Shown here one piece after another: positions 30,001-37,882 of a stretch of DNA of 64,000 nt. The stretch is from Desulfobacterales bacterium. Its GTDB lineage: Bacteria; Desulfobacterota; Desulfobacteria; Desulfobacterales; JALSRD01. The DNA lies in assembly GCA_026984935.1 (NCBI GenBank), contig JALSRD010000035.1:32000-95999 (forward strand), given 5' to 3'. Below the pieces are notes generated by a model that was not told the DNA's origin, did no database searches, and was given only the letters and a program-made list of their open reading frames with translations. Made by a program: the position numbers and the translations under genes. Numbering within the stretch: position 1 is the first letter of the stretch; each line of letters begins with the position of its first letter.

Positions 30001-31903
30001 CGGCCTCTCTTTGATGGTGACGCTGATCATTTTCTTTCGTTTTGAAGAGGAAATGGCACGCCTGCAGAAACGCGCCACCAGGGCCTTCAGCGGCGAAATC
30101 AGCCCCTGGAAAGCCTTTGTGGCCGCCTTCTTTCTGGGCGTCAGCAACCTGCGGCGACGGCGCCTGCGCACCGCCCTGACGTGCATTACCCTGATCATCC
30201 TGACTTTCACCATCATGAGCTTCACTGCCGTCAAGTCCCAGCGCCGGCATACGCGACTTCTGTACCAGAAAACCATCCCCTACCGCGGTTTTCTGCTCAA
30301 AACCATCAACTGGCGGGATCTACCCCCGGAAACTCTCGGCGTGCTCGCGCACATTTTCCCCCAAGGCAGCCATGTGGCCGCGCGCGTCTGGCTGGAAAAC
30401 GAAGACCGCACGCGCACCACCGCTGTTATGCTGCACAATGCCAAAGCCGCTTTCGAAGCCCGGGGTGTTGTGGGGCTTTCGTCCGCTGAACCGGCGGTTT
30501 CCGGCATCGACCGGATCCTGACGGCCGGCCGCTGGTTTGCGCCCCGCGAACGCTTTGCAGCTATCCTGCCGCAGGCCATGGCCCGCCGGCTGAACATCGA
30601 CCCGAACACCCCCCGAACGGCACATGTGCGCATATGGGGCATCGACTTCCATGTGGTGGGGACTTTTTCGTCCCGCGCTCTGGCACGGCACGTCGACCTG
30701 GATGGAGAAATCCTGACACCGGTGACTTTTCCCAGCGAGGCGGCCACCACACTGACCGAAGTCGAGATGGATGCTCTGGAATCCGGCGAAGACGTGCGTT
30801 CGTTCCAGAGCCGCTACCAGCACGTACCGGCCGAACGCACCCTCATCATACCGGCTGCCACACTACTGCGCCTGGGCGGCCATCTCAAGGGTGCGGCGGC
30901 CGGGCTCCCTGCAGATGCACACCCCCGTCAAGTGGCCGCAAAACTGGTGGACCGTCTGGAACTAAGCCTCTTTTCCGGCGAACCGCGGGGCACCTTTCTC
31001 TACCAGGCCAGCGATACCCTCAGTTACAGCGGTATGCCCAATATCATTATCCCGCTGGCCATTTCGGTTTTCATCGTCCTGAACACCATGATCGGAAGTG
31101 TCTTTGAGCGCAAAAACGAAATCGCTATTTACACTTCCGTGGGGCTGGCACCTTCGCACGTCGCCTTTCTCTTCATCGCCGAATCGTTGGCTTTCGCCGT
31201 ACTGAGCGTGGTACTCGGCTATCTGCTGGCCCAGGTTTCCGCCAGCCTGTTTGCCGGCACGGCACTGTGGGCCGGCATCACGGTGAACTACTCCTCGCTG
31301 GCGGGTGTGGCGGCCATGATCCTGGTGATTCTGGTGGTGCTGGTTTCGGTGATCTACCCGTCACGGGTGGCCGCCCGCATCGCCATACCGGATATCAACC
31401 GCTCCTGGACGCTGCCCGAATCCCAGGGCAACACGCTATCCATCACCCTGCCGTTTTTGATGAAAATGGATGAATACTGCGGTGTGGGCGGCTACCTGCT
31501 GGATTACTTCAACAGCCACCAGGACGTTTCCCACGGCATATTTTCCACCGGCGAAGTCCGCTGCCAGGCCCAGCGCCCGGCTCCCGACGACAACCTGACA
31601 TCATCGCAACCGCGGCCGGTTTATTTCCAACTGGACTCGCGCGTCTGGCTGGCGCCCTTCGACCTGGGGATCATGCAGCAGGTGCAGCTGTCCATCGGAC
31701 CAGCGGCCGACGAACCCGGTTTTCTGGAGATCCGGGTGATGCTGGCACGCGAATCCGGTGAAGCCAACACCTGGCATCGCATCAACCGGGTGTTTTTAAA
31801 CCGGCTGCGGCGCCAGCTGCTGGCATGGCGTTCACTGGACAAGGACACCAAATCCGGCTATATTCGCCTGGTCAACGAATACCGGACAGCGGCCAGCGCC
31901 TGA
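27026..31903 (+). CDS. 1625-aa fusion: N-terminal anchor + PA/M28-like (apparently inactive) ectodomain + helical region + FtsX-type ABC permease + C-terminal domain of unknown function
   Basis: TM ACLCTLACGLILAIMCAGAFA. PA domain GPLIYVGDGALQHLSGKTIRGAVVLMELDSGRNWQSAADLGARALIYID. M28-like core NIYALVEG…IIVETFYDS…SPGADEACGIASLLNLAR…SVLLVATGAHAQTLAG. Three TMs lie around aa 985-1050. FtsX unit LRRRRLRTALTCITLIILTFTIMSF … FERKNEIAIYTSVGLAPSHVAFLFIAESLAF … IYPSRVAARIAIPD. Confidence 0.85.
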   Translation: MSIRTTSADRPTRCDPPGRWYRQACLCTLACGLILAIMCAGAFAKDSEPETFSTLIARFSRTGDRSTGTPGNAAAARLIKAAFKRNGLAPVGSQYFSQPVLQFGPSHLVLPQRHLQIAISALAANIIAPNTVPPGGIEGPLIYVGDGALQHLSGKTIRGAVVLMELDSGRNWQSAADLGARALIYIDRGVTDKTLFDEKIELTPLQFPRFDVPAADLHKLFGDFEKAPRGLVAGRIRIDGRARWVNAPAENIYALVEGSDSKLKEELIIVETFYDSSRRVAGHSPGADEACGIASLLNLARDLKSHPPARSVLLVATGAHAQTLAGMRELIAAIRTRSLDMRRRKRMLKALASHSREVLQRLRQAMQTDDLQQLLSDDPRINRQVHQALNDRIKTRTDHLSRLLMKLRLQTAGRQQAAIDAAANRRLLLRRLGWRQTFADLPPAEAAVLKTLIPETMAAQKHILADARRQLKQIKSARALRAVVKSHELTAVIALHLSSHGDGVGAFSRGFLYPLKPTINRVTPYSRLDEVLRQAAAEVQQQLGVKGFFHDTLRPSHLKPWQSFFIDRPLLGGEVASLAGYLGISLATTNDARRAWGTPGDRPENMDMVFAARQDRLVRGVIRYLAQGHPLTTNISPRNGFATVNGRVNFLRQGELFADQAAPDSVILAYQGPVHYLAMTDARGTFMLKGVADKKHELHKVIIEGYRFDPDSGTAIWAIDKKKTGKPAYRLKMKRRRMVTNLVMFACRQSTLFNLLEPRNFHYMTKIQLLDGRRNAPPLRYWFSRTDTRSSTLLSLFLEPGTPFKLTLADTVLRKKLILINAAPENPNGSGYRIDDWPFLQPTELKVARDMWTLLAPRITNLEAHGIFDARIRGLQRAGTAALEQAQKALAARRYSRFSEEALKSWALATRVYDHVEKTQKDVLFGVLFYIALFVPFAFCAERLLFSYTNIHKRIVAFLAILLLLIAVIYKVHPAFQLAYSPTVVILAFFIIGLSLMVTLIIFFRFEEEMARLQKRATRAFSGEISPWKAFVAAFFLGVSNLRRRRLRTALTCITLIILTFTIMSFTAVKSQRRHTRLLYQKTIPYRGFLLKTINWRDLPPETLGVLAHIFPQGSHVAARVWLENEDRTRTTAVMLHNAKAAFEARGVVGLSSAEPAVSGIDRILTAGRWFAPRERFAAILPQAMARRLNIDPNTPRTAHVRIWGIDFHVVGTFSSRALARHVDLDGEILTPVTFPSEAATTLTEVEMDALESGEDVRSFQSRYQHVPAERTLIIPAATLLRLGGHLKGAAAGLPADAHPRQVAAKLVDRLELSLFSGEPRGTFLYQASDTLSYSGMPNIIIPLAISVFIVLNTMIGSVFERKNEIAIYTSVGLAPSHVAFLFIAESLAFAVLSVVLGYLLAQVSASLFAGTALWAGITVNYSSLAGVAAMILVILVVLVSVIYPSRVAARIAIPDINRSWTLPESQGNTLSITLPFLMKMDEYCGVGGYLLDYFNSHQDVSHGIFSTGEVRCQAQRPAPDDNLTSSQPRPVYFQLDSRVWLAPFDLGIMQQVQLSIGPAADEPGFLEIRVMLARESGEANTWHRINRVFLNRLRRQLLAWRSLDKDTKSGYIRLVNEYRTAASA

Positions 31904-31912
31904 GACGACTCT

Positions 31913-33952
31913 ATGCAACCGGAACCTCCCACTTCTGACAGCGTTACAGAAAACCGCAGCCACGCGGCGCCCGACGGGGCCGTGGTACGCCCGCGGGCAA
32001 TCATTCTGGGATTCCTGCTGGCTGCCGTGATCTGTGCCGCAACGCCCTTCAACAACACCTATCGCCAGGCCACGCCGCTGGGCGGCGGCCATTTCCCGCT
32101 GGCGCCTTTTTTCATCCTGGTCTGGCTGACCCTGCTGGTGGCCGGCGGCAGGCGGATCTTTACGGGGAAAAAGATTCTTTCCGGCACCGAACTGCTGGTC
32201 TGCTGGATCCTGATGGTGCTCGTTTCCGGCATCCCCTACACCGGGCTGATGCGCACGTTGTTGATCAACCTGACGGCACCCTATCATTTCGCCAGCATGG
32301 GAAACCGCTGGCCGGACACGCTGCAGCCGCTCCTGCCGCACAGCTGGTATCCCCAGAGCCGGAAGGCCATCACCGCTCTTTACGACGGCCTGCCCGGCGG
32401 CCGCCAGATGTCCTGGTGGCAGGTCATCCGCCGGATTCCCTGGCAGGCCTGGGCGACGCCCGTCATGGTCTGGGGCAGCTTCATCCTGGCTTGCTATTTC
32501 GTCATGATCTGCATGATCAACCTCCTGAGCCGCCAGGCCCTGTCCCACGAACGCATGAATTTCCCCCTGCTGCGGGTTCCCATTCTGATGGAAGAAGCCC
32601 TGGACCAGAGCCGACTGGGGCGTTTTTTCGCTAACCGTTTTATGCTGGCCGGAATGGCCATCCCGGTCTTTCTGCACCTGATCAACGGCTTTCATTTTTA
32701 CAACCCGTCGGTCCCCCAGATTCCGACGCTCATCCTGGCCGGGCCCTACTTCCCCAAACACGGCCTTTTTTCCGGATTCGCCAAACTGAAGATCTACTTC
32801 TATCCGGCCTTCATCGGCTTTGCCTTCCTGGCCTCCAAACAGATTTCCTTTTCCTTCTGGCTCTTTTTCATCCTGGGGGCCCTGCTCTACGGCATACTCG
32901 GCCTGCTGGGCTACAACATCCCGGCATCGGCGCTGGGCATTACCTTCGGCCCCACGCTCGCCCGCCCCGAGGAAACCCAGATGATCGGCGCCTATGGTAT
33001 TTTTTTCGTCTTTTTGGTCTGGCTGGCGCGCCGACACCTGGTAGACGTCATCCGGCAGGCAATGGGCCGCCGGCCCTCGGCTGCAACCGAGGGTGACTGG
33101 CTCTCCACGCGCATCTCGTTCTGGGGGTTTTTCATCGGCTCCAGCGTACTGGTTCTGTGGCTGCATTTTTTCGGGCTGCCGCTGTGGGCCTCCGTAGTCG
33201 TTCTGTGCGCCTTTTTCATGGTCATGCTGGTGGCCAGCCGCGTGATCTGCCAGGGCGGCGTCGCCTACTTTACACTGACCGCCGCACCCATGGACGGCCT
33301 GCTCACCTTTTTCGGTCCGCAGTTCTTCACCCAGGTGGGCATTCTCATTACGGCGGTGGTGCAAAAAGTGCTCTTCGTCGACCTGCGCGAATCGCTGATG
33401 CCGTCGCTGCTGCACGCCCAAAGAATCACCCACGGCGTGCGTGCCCGGCGCGGGCTGATCACCGGCGGAATTTTCGCCACCCTGATCAGCGGCGTGGCCG
33501 TGTCGTTTGTCGCCATGCTGGCCTTAGGGTACAAATTCGGGCTGCGGGAGCTTCAGCTGGACTGGGCCACGCGCACCAGCGTGGCGGTTTATGAAAATAT
33601 CAACACGCTGGTTACCACGCCGGTGAAACCCGGCCACTGGGTCCTGATTTTCACGCTCATCGGTGCGGCCGTAATGCTTGTGCTCGTGGCCTGCTATCAC
33701 CGTTTCTACTGGTGGCCGATCCACCCCATCGGCTACCTTACGGCATACAGCTCCGCCATGCGCATCCTGTGGTTCAGCTTTTTTGTCGGCTGGCTGGCAA
33801 ACGCCCTGTGCATGCGGTACGGGGGCGTCGTTTTGTTCAAACGGCTGCGTTATTTTTTTATCGGTCTGATTATCGGAGACTTTCTGATGGGCGGCGGCTG
33901 GGCCATATACGGCCTGTTCAGTGATGCCAGCTACCAGGTGCTGCCGGGATAA
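31913..33952 (+). CDS. large polytopic inner-membrane protein of unknown function (679 aa)
   Basis: Many hydrophobic helices run throughout. Trp-rich loop (MSWWQVIRRIPWQAWATPVMVWGSF) followed by ERMNFPLLRVPILMEE. Real-gene codon bias (GC3-rich). No characterised family recognised, though it is possibly distantly OPT-like. Confidence 0.75.
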   Translation: MQPEPPTSDSVTENRSHAAPDGAVVRPRAIILGFLLAAVICAATPFNNTYRQATPLGGGHFPLAPFFILVWLTLLVAGGRRIFTGKKILSGTELLVCWILMVLVSGIPYTGLMRTLLINLTAPYHFASMGNRWPDTLQPLLPHSWYPQSRKAITALYDGLPGGRQMSWWQVIRRIPWQAWATPVMVWGSFILACYFVMICMINLLSRQALSHERMNFPLLRVPILMEEALDQSRLGRFFANRFMLAGMAIPVFLHLINGFHFYNPSVPQIPTLILAGPYFPKHGLFSGFAKLKIYFYPAFIGFAFLASKQISFSFWLFFILGALLYGILGLLGYNIPASALGITFGPTLARPEETQMIGAYGIFFVFLVWLARRHLVDVIRQAMGRRPSAATEGDWLSTRISFWGFFIGSSVLVLWLHFFGLPLWASVVVLCAFFMVMLVASRVICQGGVAYFTLTAAPMDGLLTFFGPQFFTQVGILITAVVQKVLFVDLRESLMPSLLHAQRITHGVRARRGLITGGIFATLISGVAVSFVAMLALGYKFGLRELQLDWATRTSVAVYENINTLVTTPVKPGHWVLIFTLIGAAVMLVLVACYHRFYWWPIHPIGYLTAYSSAMRILWFSFFVGWLANALCMRYGGVVLFKRLRYFFIGLIIGDFLMGGGWAIYGLFSDASYQVLPG

Positions 33953-34006
33953 AATCCAGAGTCCCCGACGCGGCGCAAATGTAAATTCAACACACGGACC
34001 GCATAG

Positions 34007-35974
34007 ATGTACGAAGACAGAGAACTGCAGGAATACCGCGATCTGCTGAAGCCGCCGGATCACTTCGAGGAGGGCTTCGACTGGAAGGCCATTGTGGGCG
34101 CGGTCTTCATCGGCTTTTTGATGATGCCGGGCAGCATGTACCTGCAGCTGGTTATCGGCAGCGGCATCGGTCCCGCCGCCCGCTGGGTGACCATCATCCT
34201 GTTTGCCGAAATCGCCAAGAGATCCTATACCGAACTCAAGCAGCAGGAGATCTTTCTGCTCTACTACATGGCGGGCGCCGCCCTGGCCTCGCCTTTCCAG
34301 GGCCTTTTGTGGAATCAGTACCTGGTGCAGTCCGATGCCGCCCGCATGCTGGGGTTGACCGAATTTATCCCCAGGTGGGTGGCCCCGGCCCCCGGATCGC
34401 AATCTTTGATCGAACGCACCTTCTTCCACCGCGACTGGATGATTCCCATCCTGCTGCTCATCGGCTCCCAGATCATCCAGCGCATCGACCAGTTCGGGCT
34501 GGGCTATGCCCTCTACCGCATCACCTCCGATGTGGAGAAACTGCCCTTTCCCATGGCACCGGTGGGCGCCCTGGGAACCATGGCCCTGGCCGAATCCACC
34601 GAGGACAAGCAGAAGAGCTGGAAGTGGCGGGTGTTTTCCATCGGCGGGGTCATCGGCCTGGCCTTCGGCGCACTTTACGTCATGCTGCCCACGGTCTCGG
34701 GGCTGCTCTTCACCGAGCCGGTCCAATTGATCCCCATTCCCTGGGTCGAGCTGACGCGCCACACCGAAAATGTCCTGCCGGCGGTGGCCACCGGCATCCA
34801 GCTGGACCTGGGCCTGATCTTCATCGGCATGGTGCTGCCCTTCTGGGCGGTGATGGGCGGCCTGGCCGGGCTGCTGATCACCGTGGCCGCCAACCCCATC
34901 CTCTACCGCCACGGAATCCTGCACCGCTGGCATCCGGGCATGGGGACCGTGGATACCGTTTTTGCCAACAATTTCGATTTTTACATGAGTTTCGGCATCG
35001 GCCTGGGCCTGGCCATCGCCTTCATCGGCATCTGGCACGTACTGCGCTCTTTCGGCAACCGCGGCGCCGCCGGAGGGCCGCGTCCCAGCTTCGCGGATCT
35101 TTTCCGGCCGCCGCCGGGCCGGGGGGATTTCAACTTCTGGATCTCCATCGGGATTTACCTTTTTTCAACGCTGTCCTACACCGGCCTGTGCCTCTGGCTG
35201 GTTCCCAGCTTTCCGTGGTTGTTCTTCGTGATCTACGGATTTGTCTACACGCCCATCGTGTCTTATATTACAGCCAGGATGGAGGGCATCGCGGGCCAGT
35301 TCGTCAGCCTGCCGCTGGTGCGCGAAGCCAGCTTCATCGCCGGATCGAAATTTTTCGGCTACCACGGCATCGAAATCTGGTACGCGCCCATTCCGATTCA
35401 CAACTACGGCGCCGCCACCGTCAGTTTCCGCGAAATCGAGCTGACAGGCACCAGCATCCGTGGTATCATCAAGGCCGAGATCGTGGTTTTCCCGGTGGTG
35501 ATGGTGGCCAGCCTGCTCTTTTCACAGTTCATCTGGCAGCTGGCGCCCATTCCCTCCAGCAGCTACCCCTATGCCCAGGAAATGTGGCACCTGCAGGCGC
35601 TCAACACGCTGCTCATGCAGACCTCGACGCTGGAGGGAAACGCGCTTTTTTACCAGGCATTAAGCGGCAGTTACGTACTGTCGGGACTCGGTTTCGGAAT
35701 CGTCACCTATTTCCTTCTGACCCTATTCGGGCTGCCCATTTTGCTGATTTACGGCGTCGTGCGCGGACTGGGCCAGAGCACCCCGCACGGCATGATCCTG
35801 GAAGTGGTCGGTGCCCTGCTGGGACGTTTTTTCTTCCTGAAGCGTTACGGCGGCATGTGGCGCCAATACGCACCCGTGCTGCTGGCCGGCTTTTCGTGCG
35901 GCATGGGACTGACCGGCATGTTCGCCATGGGATTTACATTGATTCTGAAGTCACTGGGACGGCTGGCTTACTGA
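34007..35974 (+). CDS. large polytopic inner-membrane protein of unknown function, OPT-superfamily-like (655 aa)
   Basis: Multi-TM protein. The motif DVEKLPFPMAPVGALGTMALAES resembles the conserved L-x-FPSG-x-A motif of OPT oligopeptide transporters. The assignment is from memory and is tentative. Confidence 0.75.
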   Translation: MYEDRELQEYRDLLKPPDHFEEGFDWKAIVGAVFIGFLMMPGSMYLQLVIGSGIGPAARWVTIILFAEIAKRSYTELKQQEIFLLYYMAGAALASPFQGLLWNQYLVQSDAARMLGLTEFIPRWVAPAPGSQSLIERTFFHRDWMIPILLLIGSQIIQRIDQFGLGYALYRITSDVEKLPFPMAPVGALGTMALAESTEDKQKSWKWRVFSIGGVIGLAFGALYVMLPTVSGLLFTEPVQLIPIPWVELTRHTENVLPAVATGIQLDLGLIFIGMVLPFWAVMGGLAGLLITVAANPILYRHGILHRWHPGMGTVDTVFANNFDFYMSFGIGLGLAIAFIGIWHVLRSFGNRGAAGGPRPSFADLFRPPPGRGDFNFWISIGIYLFSTLSYTGLCLWLVPSFPWLFFVIYGFVYTPIVSYITARMEGIAGQFVSLPLVREASFIAGSKFFGYHGIEIWYAPIPIHNYGAATVSFREIELTGTSIRGIIKAEIVVFPVVMVASLLFSQFIWQLAPIPSSSYPYAQEMWHLQALNTLLMQTSTLEGNALFYQALSGSYVLSGLGFGIVTYFLLTLFGLPILLIYGVVRGLGQSTPHGMILEVVGALLGRFFFLKRYGGMWRQYAPVLLAGFSCGMGLTGMFAMGFTLILKSLGRLAY

Positions 35975-35983
35975 GGAGCAACC

Positions 35984-36598
35984 ATGAAATACATTCTTCC
36001 CCTTCTGGCACTCATACTCCTTTTCCTGGGTACAGATGTCTGCCGCGCGGATGTCCCGCACCAGGTGGCCGGGTTCGTGCTCGGCACGGACATCTCCCGT
36101 TATACAGACAAACTCAACATGCAAAGCGCACTGCCCGTAAGATTCAGGCCCTATCTCAAAGAGGTCGAGACCCGCAACCTGCCGGGATTTAAAATCGGTC
36201 TGGTTACCTACGGCACCTGCGCCGCACCCAACCATATCGTGCGCATCCGGCTCAAATACGAAAACGCCTCCAAGAAATTCTTTGAACTGCTGCTCAAGCG
36301 CTTTAAACGCCGTTTCGGTCCGGATCCGGAGTGGCGCGGCGATCCCTTCGAGGTCATCATCGCCTGGAAGTGGTCGTTCGTAGATGCCAAGAAAAACCGC
36401 ATCAGCTTGATTTTACAGCATAACACGCTGAACAAAAACGAGAAGATGGGAAACGTGGTCAAACTCACCATGTGGAACCGCATCGAGGCCGAACGCGCCT
36501 GCTGGGACAAGACCCATCCCGAGCACCGGCTGGCCCCCAAGGAAGCGGAAAGCATGCCGTGGGGACCCAGGTTCTGGCAACACTGCATTCCGCGTTGA
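35984..36598 (+). CDS. secreted protein of unknown function (204 aa)
   Basis: Signal peptide MKYILPLLALILLFLGTDVCRA. It is tightly packed (9-bp gap) behind the membrane protein gene. No family recognised. Confidence 0.7.
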   Translation: MKYILPLLALILLFLGTDVCRADVPHQVAGFVLGTDISRYTDKLNMQSALPVRFRPYLKEVETRNLPGFKIGLVTYGTCAAPNHIVRIRLKYENASKKFFELLLKRFKRRFGPDPEWRGDPFEVIIAWKWSFVDAKKNRISLILQHNTLNKNEKMGNVVKLTMWNRIEAERACWDKTHPEHRLAPKEAESMPWGPRFWQHCIPR

Positions 36599-36636
36599 TC
36601 TCCTTGCAGGGCACGGGCATCGGCTGAGCGAATCCT

Positions 36637-37503
36637 ATGGATCGGAGAAACATCGACTGGAACGGAATCCACTTCCAAGTGCCCCGGGACTGGGAAATCA
36701 CACGCATCGACCGGCGCTATCTGGTGCTGGAAAGCGTCGGAGCGCCCCAAATGGAAGTCAAATGGCATGCCATCCGCGGACCTTTTCGTAGGGCCCGTTA
36801 TTACAAGCGGCTGTCAGACGCCTGCGGGGCATCCGGACGATTCGAACCCATGGACCTGCCAAATGCCTGGCGCAGCGCGCTGGCGGATTTCACGGCCGCC
36901 GCCTTTACCTGGCAAAAGGGGAAGCTGCAGTCCCGCGGGGTTGTCCTGCACTGCCGCACCTGCCGCAAGGTCTGCCTGGTGCAGTTTTTTGGTACCCTTG
37001 CGGCGCGCACAGACGATGTAGCGCGGCAGATACTGGCCACCTTTCGCGACCATGCCGAAGATTCGGTGCGCGACTGGTCGGTCTTCGATATTCGCGCCCG
37101 GCTTCCCCGGCCTTACGTGCTGAAACATTTTTGTTTTGAAGCCGGACGCTATGAGCTTGTCTGGCAGCACAAGCGCCGCATGCTCACCCTGATGCGCTGG
37201 GGACCGGCAGCGGCCCTGCTTGACGGCCGTAAACTGGCGGCGTTCGCCGCCCGGCAACTGGGCATTGCGGAGCACCGCTGGCAGCCGGCCGGTGGCGCTT
37301 CGGCAAAGACCGCACTGCAGTGGCGGCGCCCCGCAACCCGCATGGCGGTCTGGCAACTGTTTCCGGCACCGGTACGCGTGCAGGCGGCGCGTATCTGGCA
37401 CCGGCCGGCCGAAAATCGTATTCTGGCGGCAGTATTCAAAGACTGCAAAGCCATCGAGCAAGACGACCTGGATACCATCTGCGGCAGCTATGAAGCGCTT
37501 TAA
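36637..37503 (+). CDS. cytoplasmic protein of unknown function (288 aa)
   Basis: No signal peptide or TM. It has a CxxC (HCRTCRKVC). Its stop overlaps the start of the next gene by 14 bp. No family recognised. Confidence 0.65.
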   Translation: MDRRNIDWNGIHFQVPRDWEITRIDRRYLVLESVGAPQMEVKWHAIRGPFRRARYYKRLSDACGASGRFEPMDLPNAWRSALADFTAAAFTWQKGKLQSRGVVLHCRTCRKVCLVQFFGTLAARTDDVARQILATFRDHAEDSVRDWSVFDIRARLPRPYVLKHFCFEAGRYELVWQHKRRMLTLMRWGPAAALLDGRKLAAFAARQLGIAEHRWQPAGGASAKTALQWRRPATRMAVWQLFPAPVRVQAARIWHRPAENRILAAVFKDCKAIEQDDLDTICGSYEAL

Positions 37504-37879
37504 ACGCCAACCCGAGGCAGCGGCGCTGTCCCGCGAGGAAGCCTTGAACTGTGTTCCCGTAAAAAGTCGCCATATACACGAAGAGCGCATGCCATCGGGC
37601 GACGCCCTGATCGCCTACCCCCAGCAGCTGCGCCCCCTGCCGCGCTTTCTGCTGCGCCGCCTGGGGAAAAAACCGCCGGCCATGCCGCCGCGCAAGCTGC
37701 AGCTGGACAATCTGGGTACCGATGTGTGGAATCTCATCGATGACCGCCGCAGCGTGCGCCGGATCGTTAAACGCTTTGCCGAGATCCACCGTCTGCCGCG
37801 GCGGGAAGCCGAACTTTCGGTGACGCGCTTTCTGCGCGAGCTGGGAAAACGCGGGCTCGTGGCCATGAAACGGACGTAA
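37490..37879 (+). CDS. PqqD-family (RiPP-recognition-element-like) protein
   Basis: The C-terminal 60 aa, LQLDNLGTDVWNLIDDRRSVRRIVKRFAEIHRLPRREAELSVTRFLRELGKRGLV, follow the PqqD winged-helix pattern (ln.t...iw.l.dg..tv.eia..l...y.v......Dv..fl..L...gl). Confidence 0.7.
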   Translation: MKRFKRQPEAAALSREEALNCVPVKSRHIHEERMPSGDALIAYPQQLRPLPRFLLRRLGKKPPAMPPRKLQLDNLGTDVWNLIDDRRSVRRIVKRFAEIHRLPRREAELSVTRFLRELGKRGLVAMKRT

Positions 37880-37882
37880 GAG

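Noticed and set aside
34309-36192. 627-aa same-strand ORF overlapping the 34007-35974 membrane protein gene
   Set aside because: It is a +1 frame shadow ORF. The composition is dominated by R, P, G and H with no hydrophobic helices or motifs, whereas the 34007 frame gives a coherent polytopic membrane protein.
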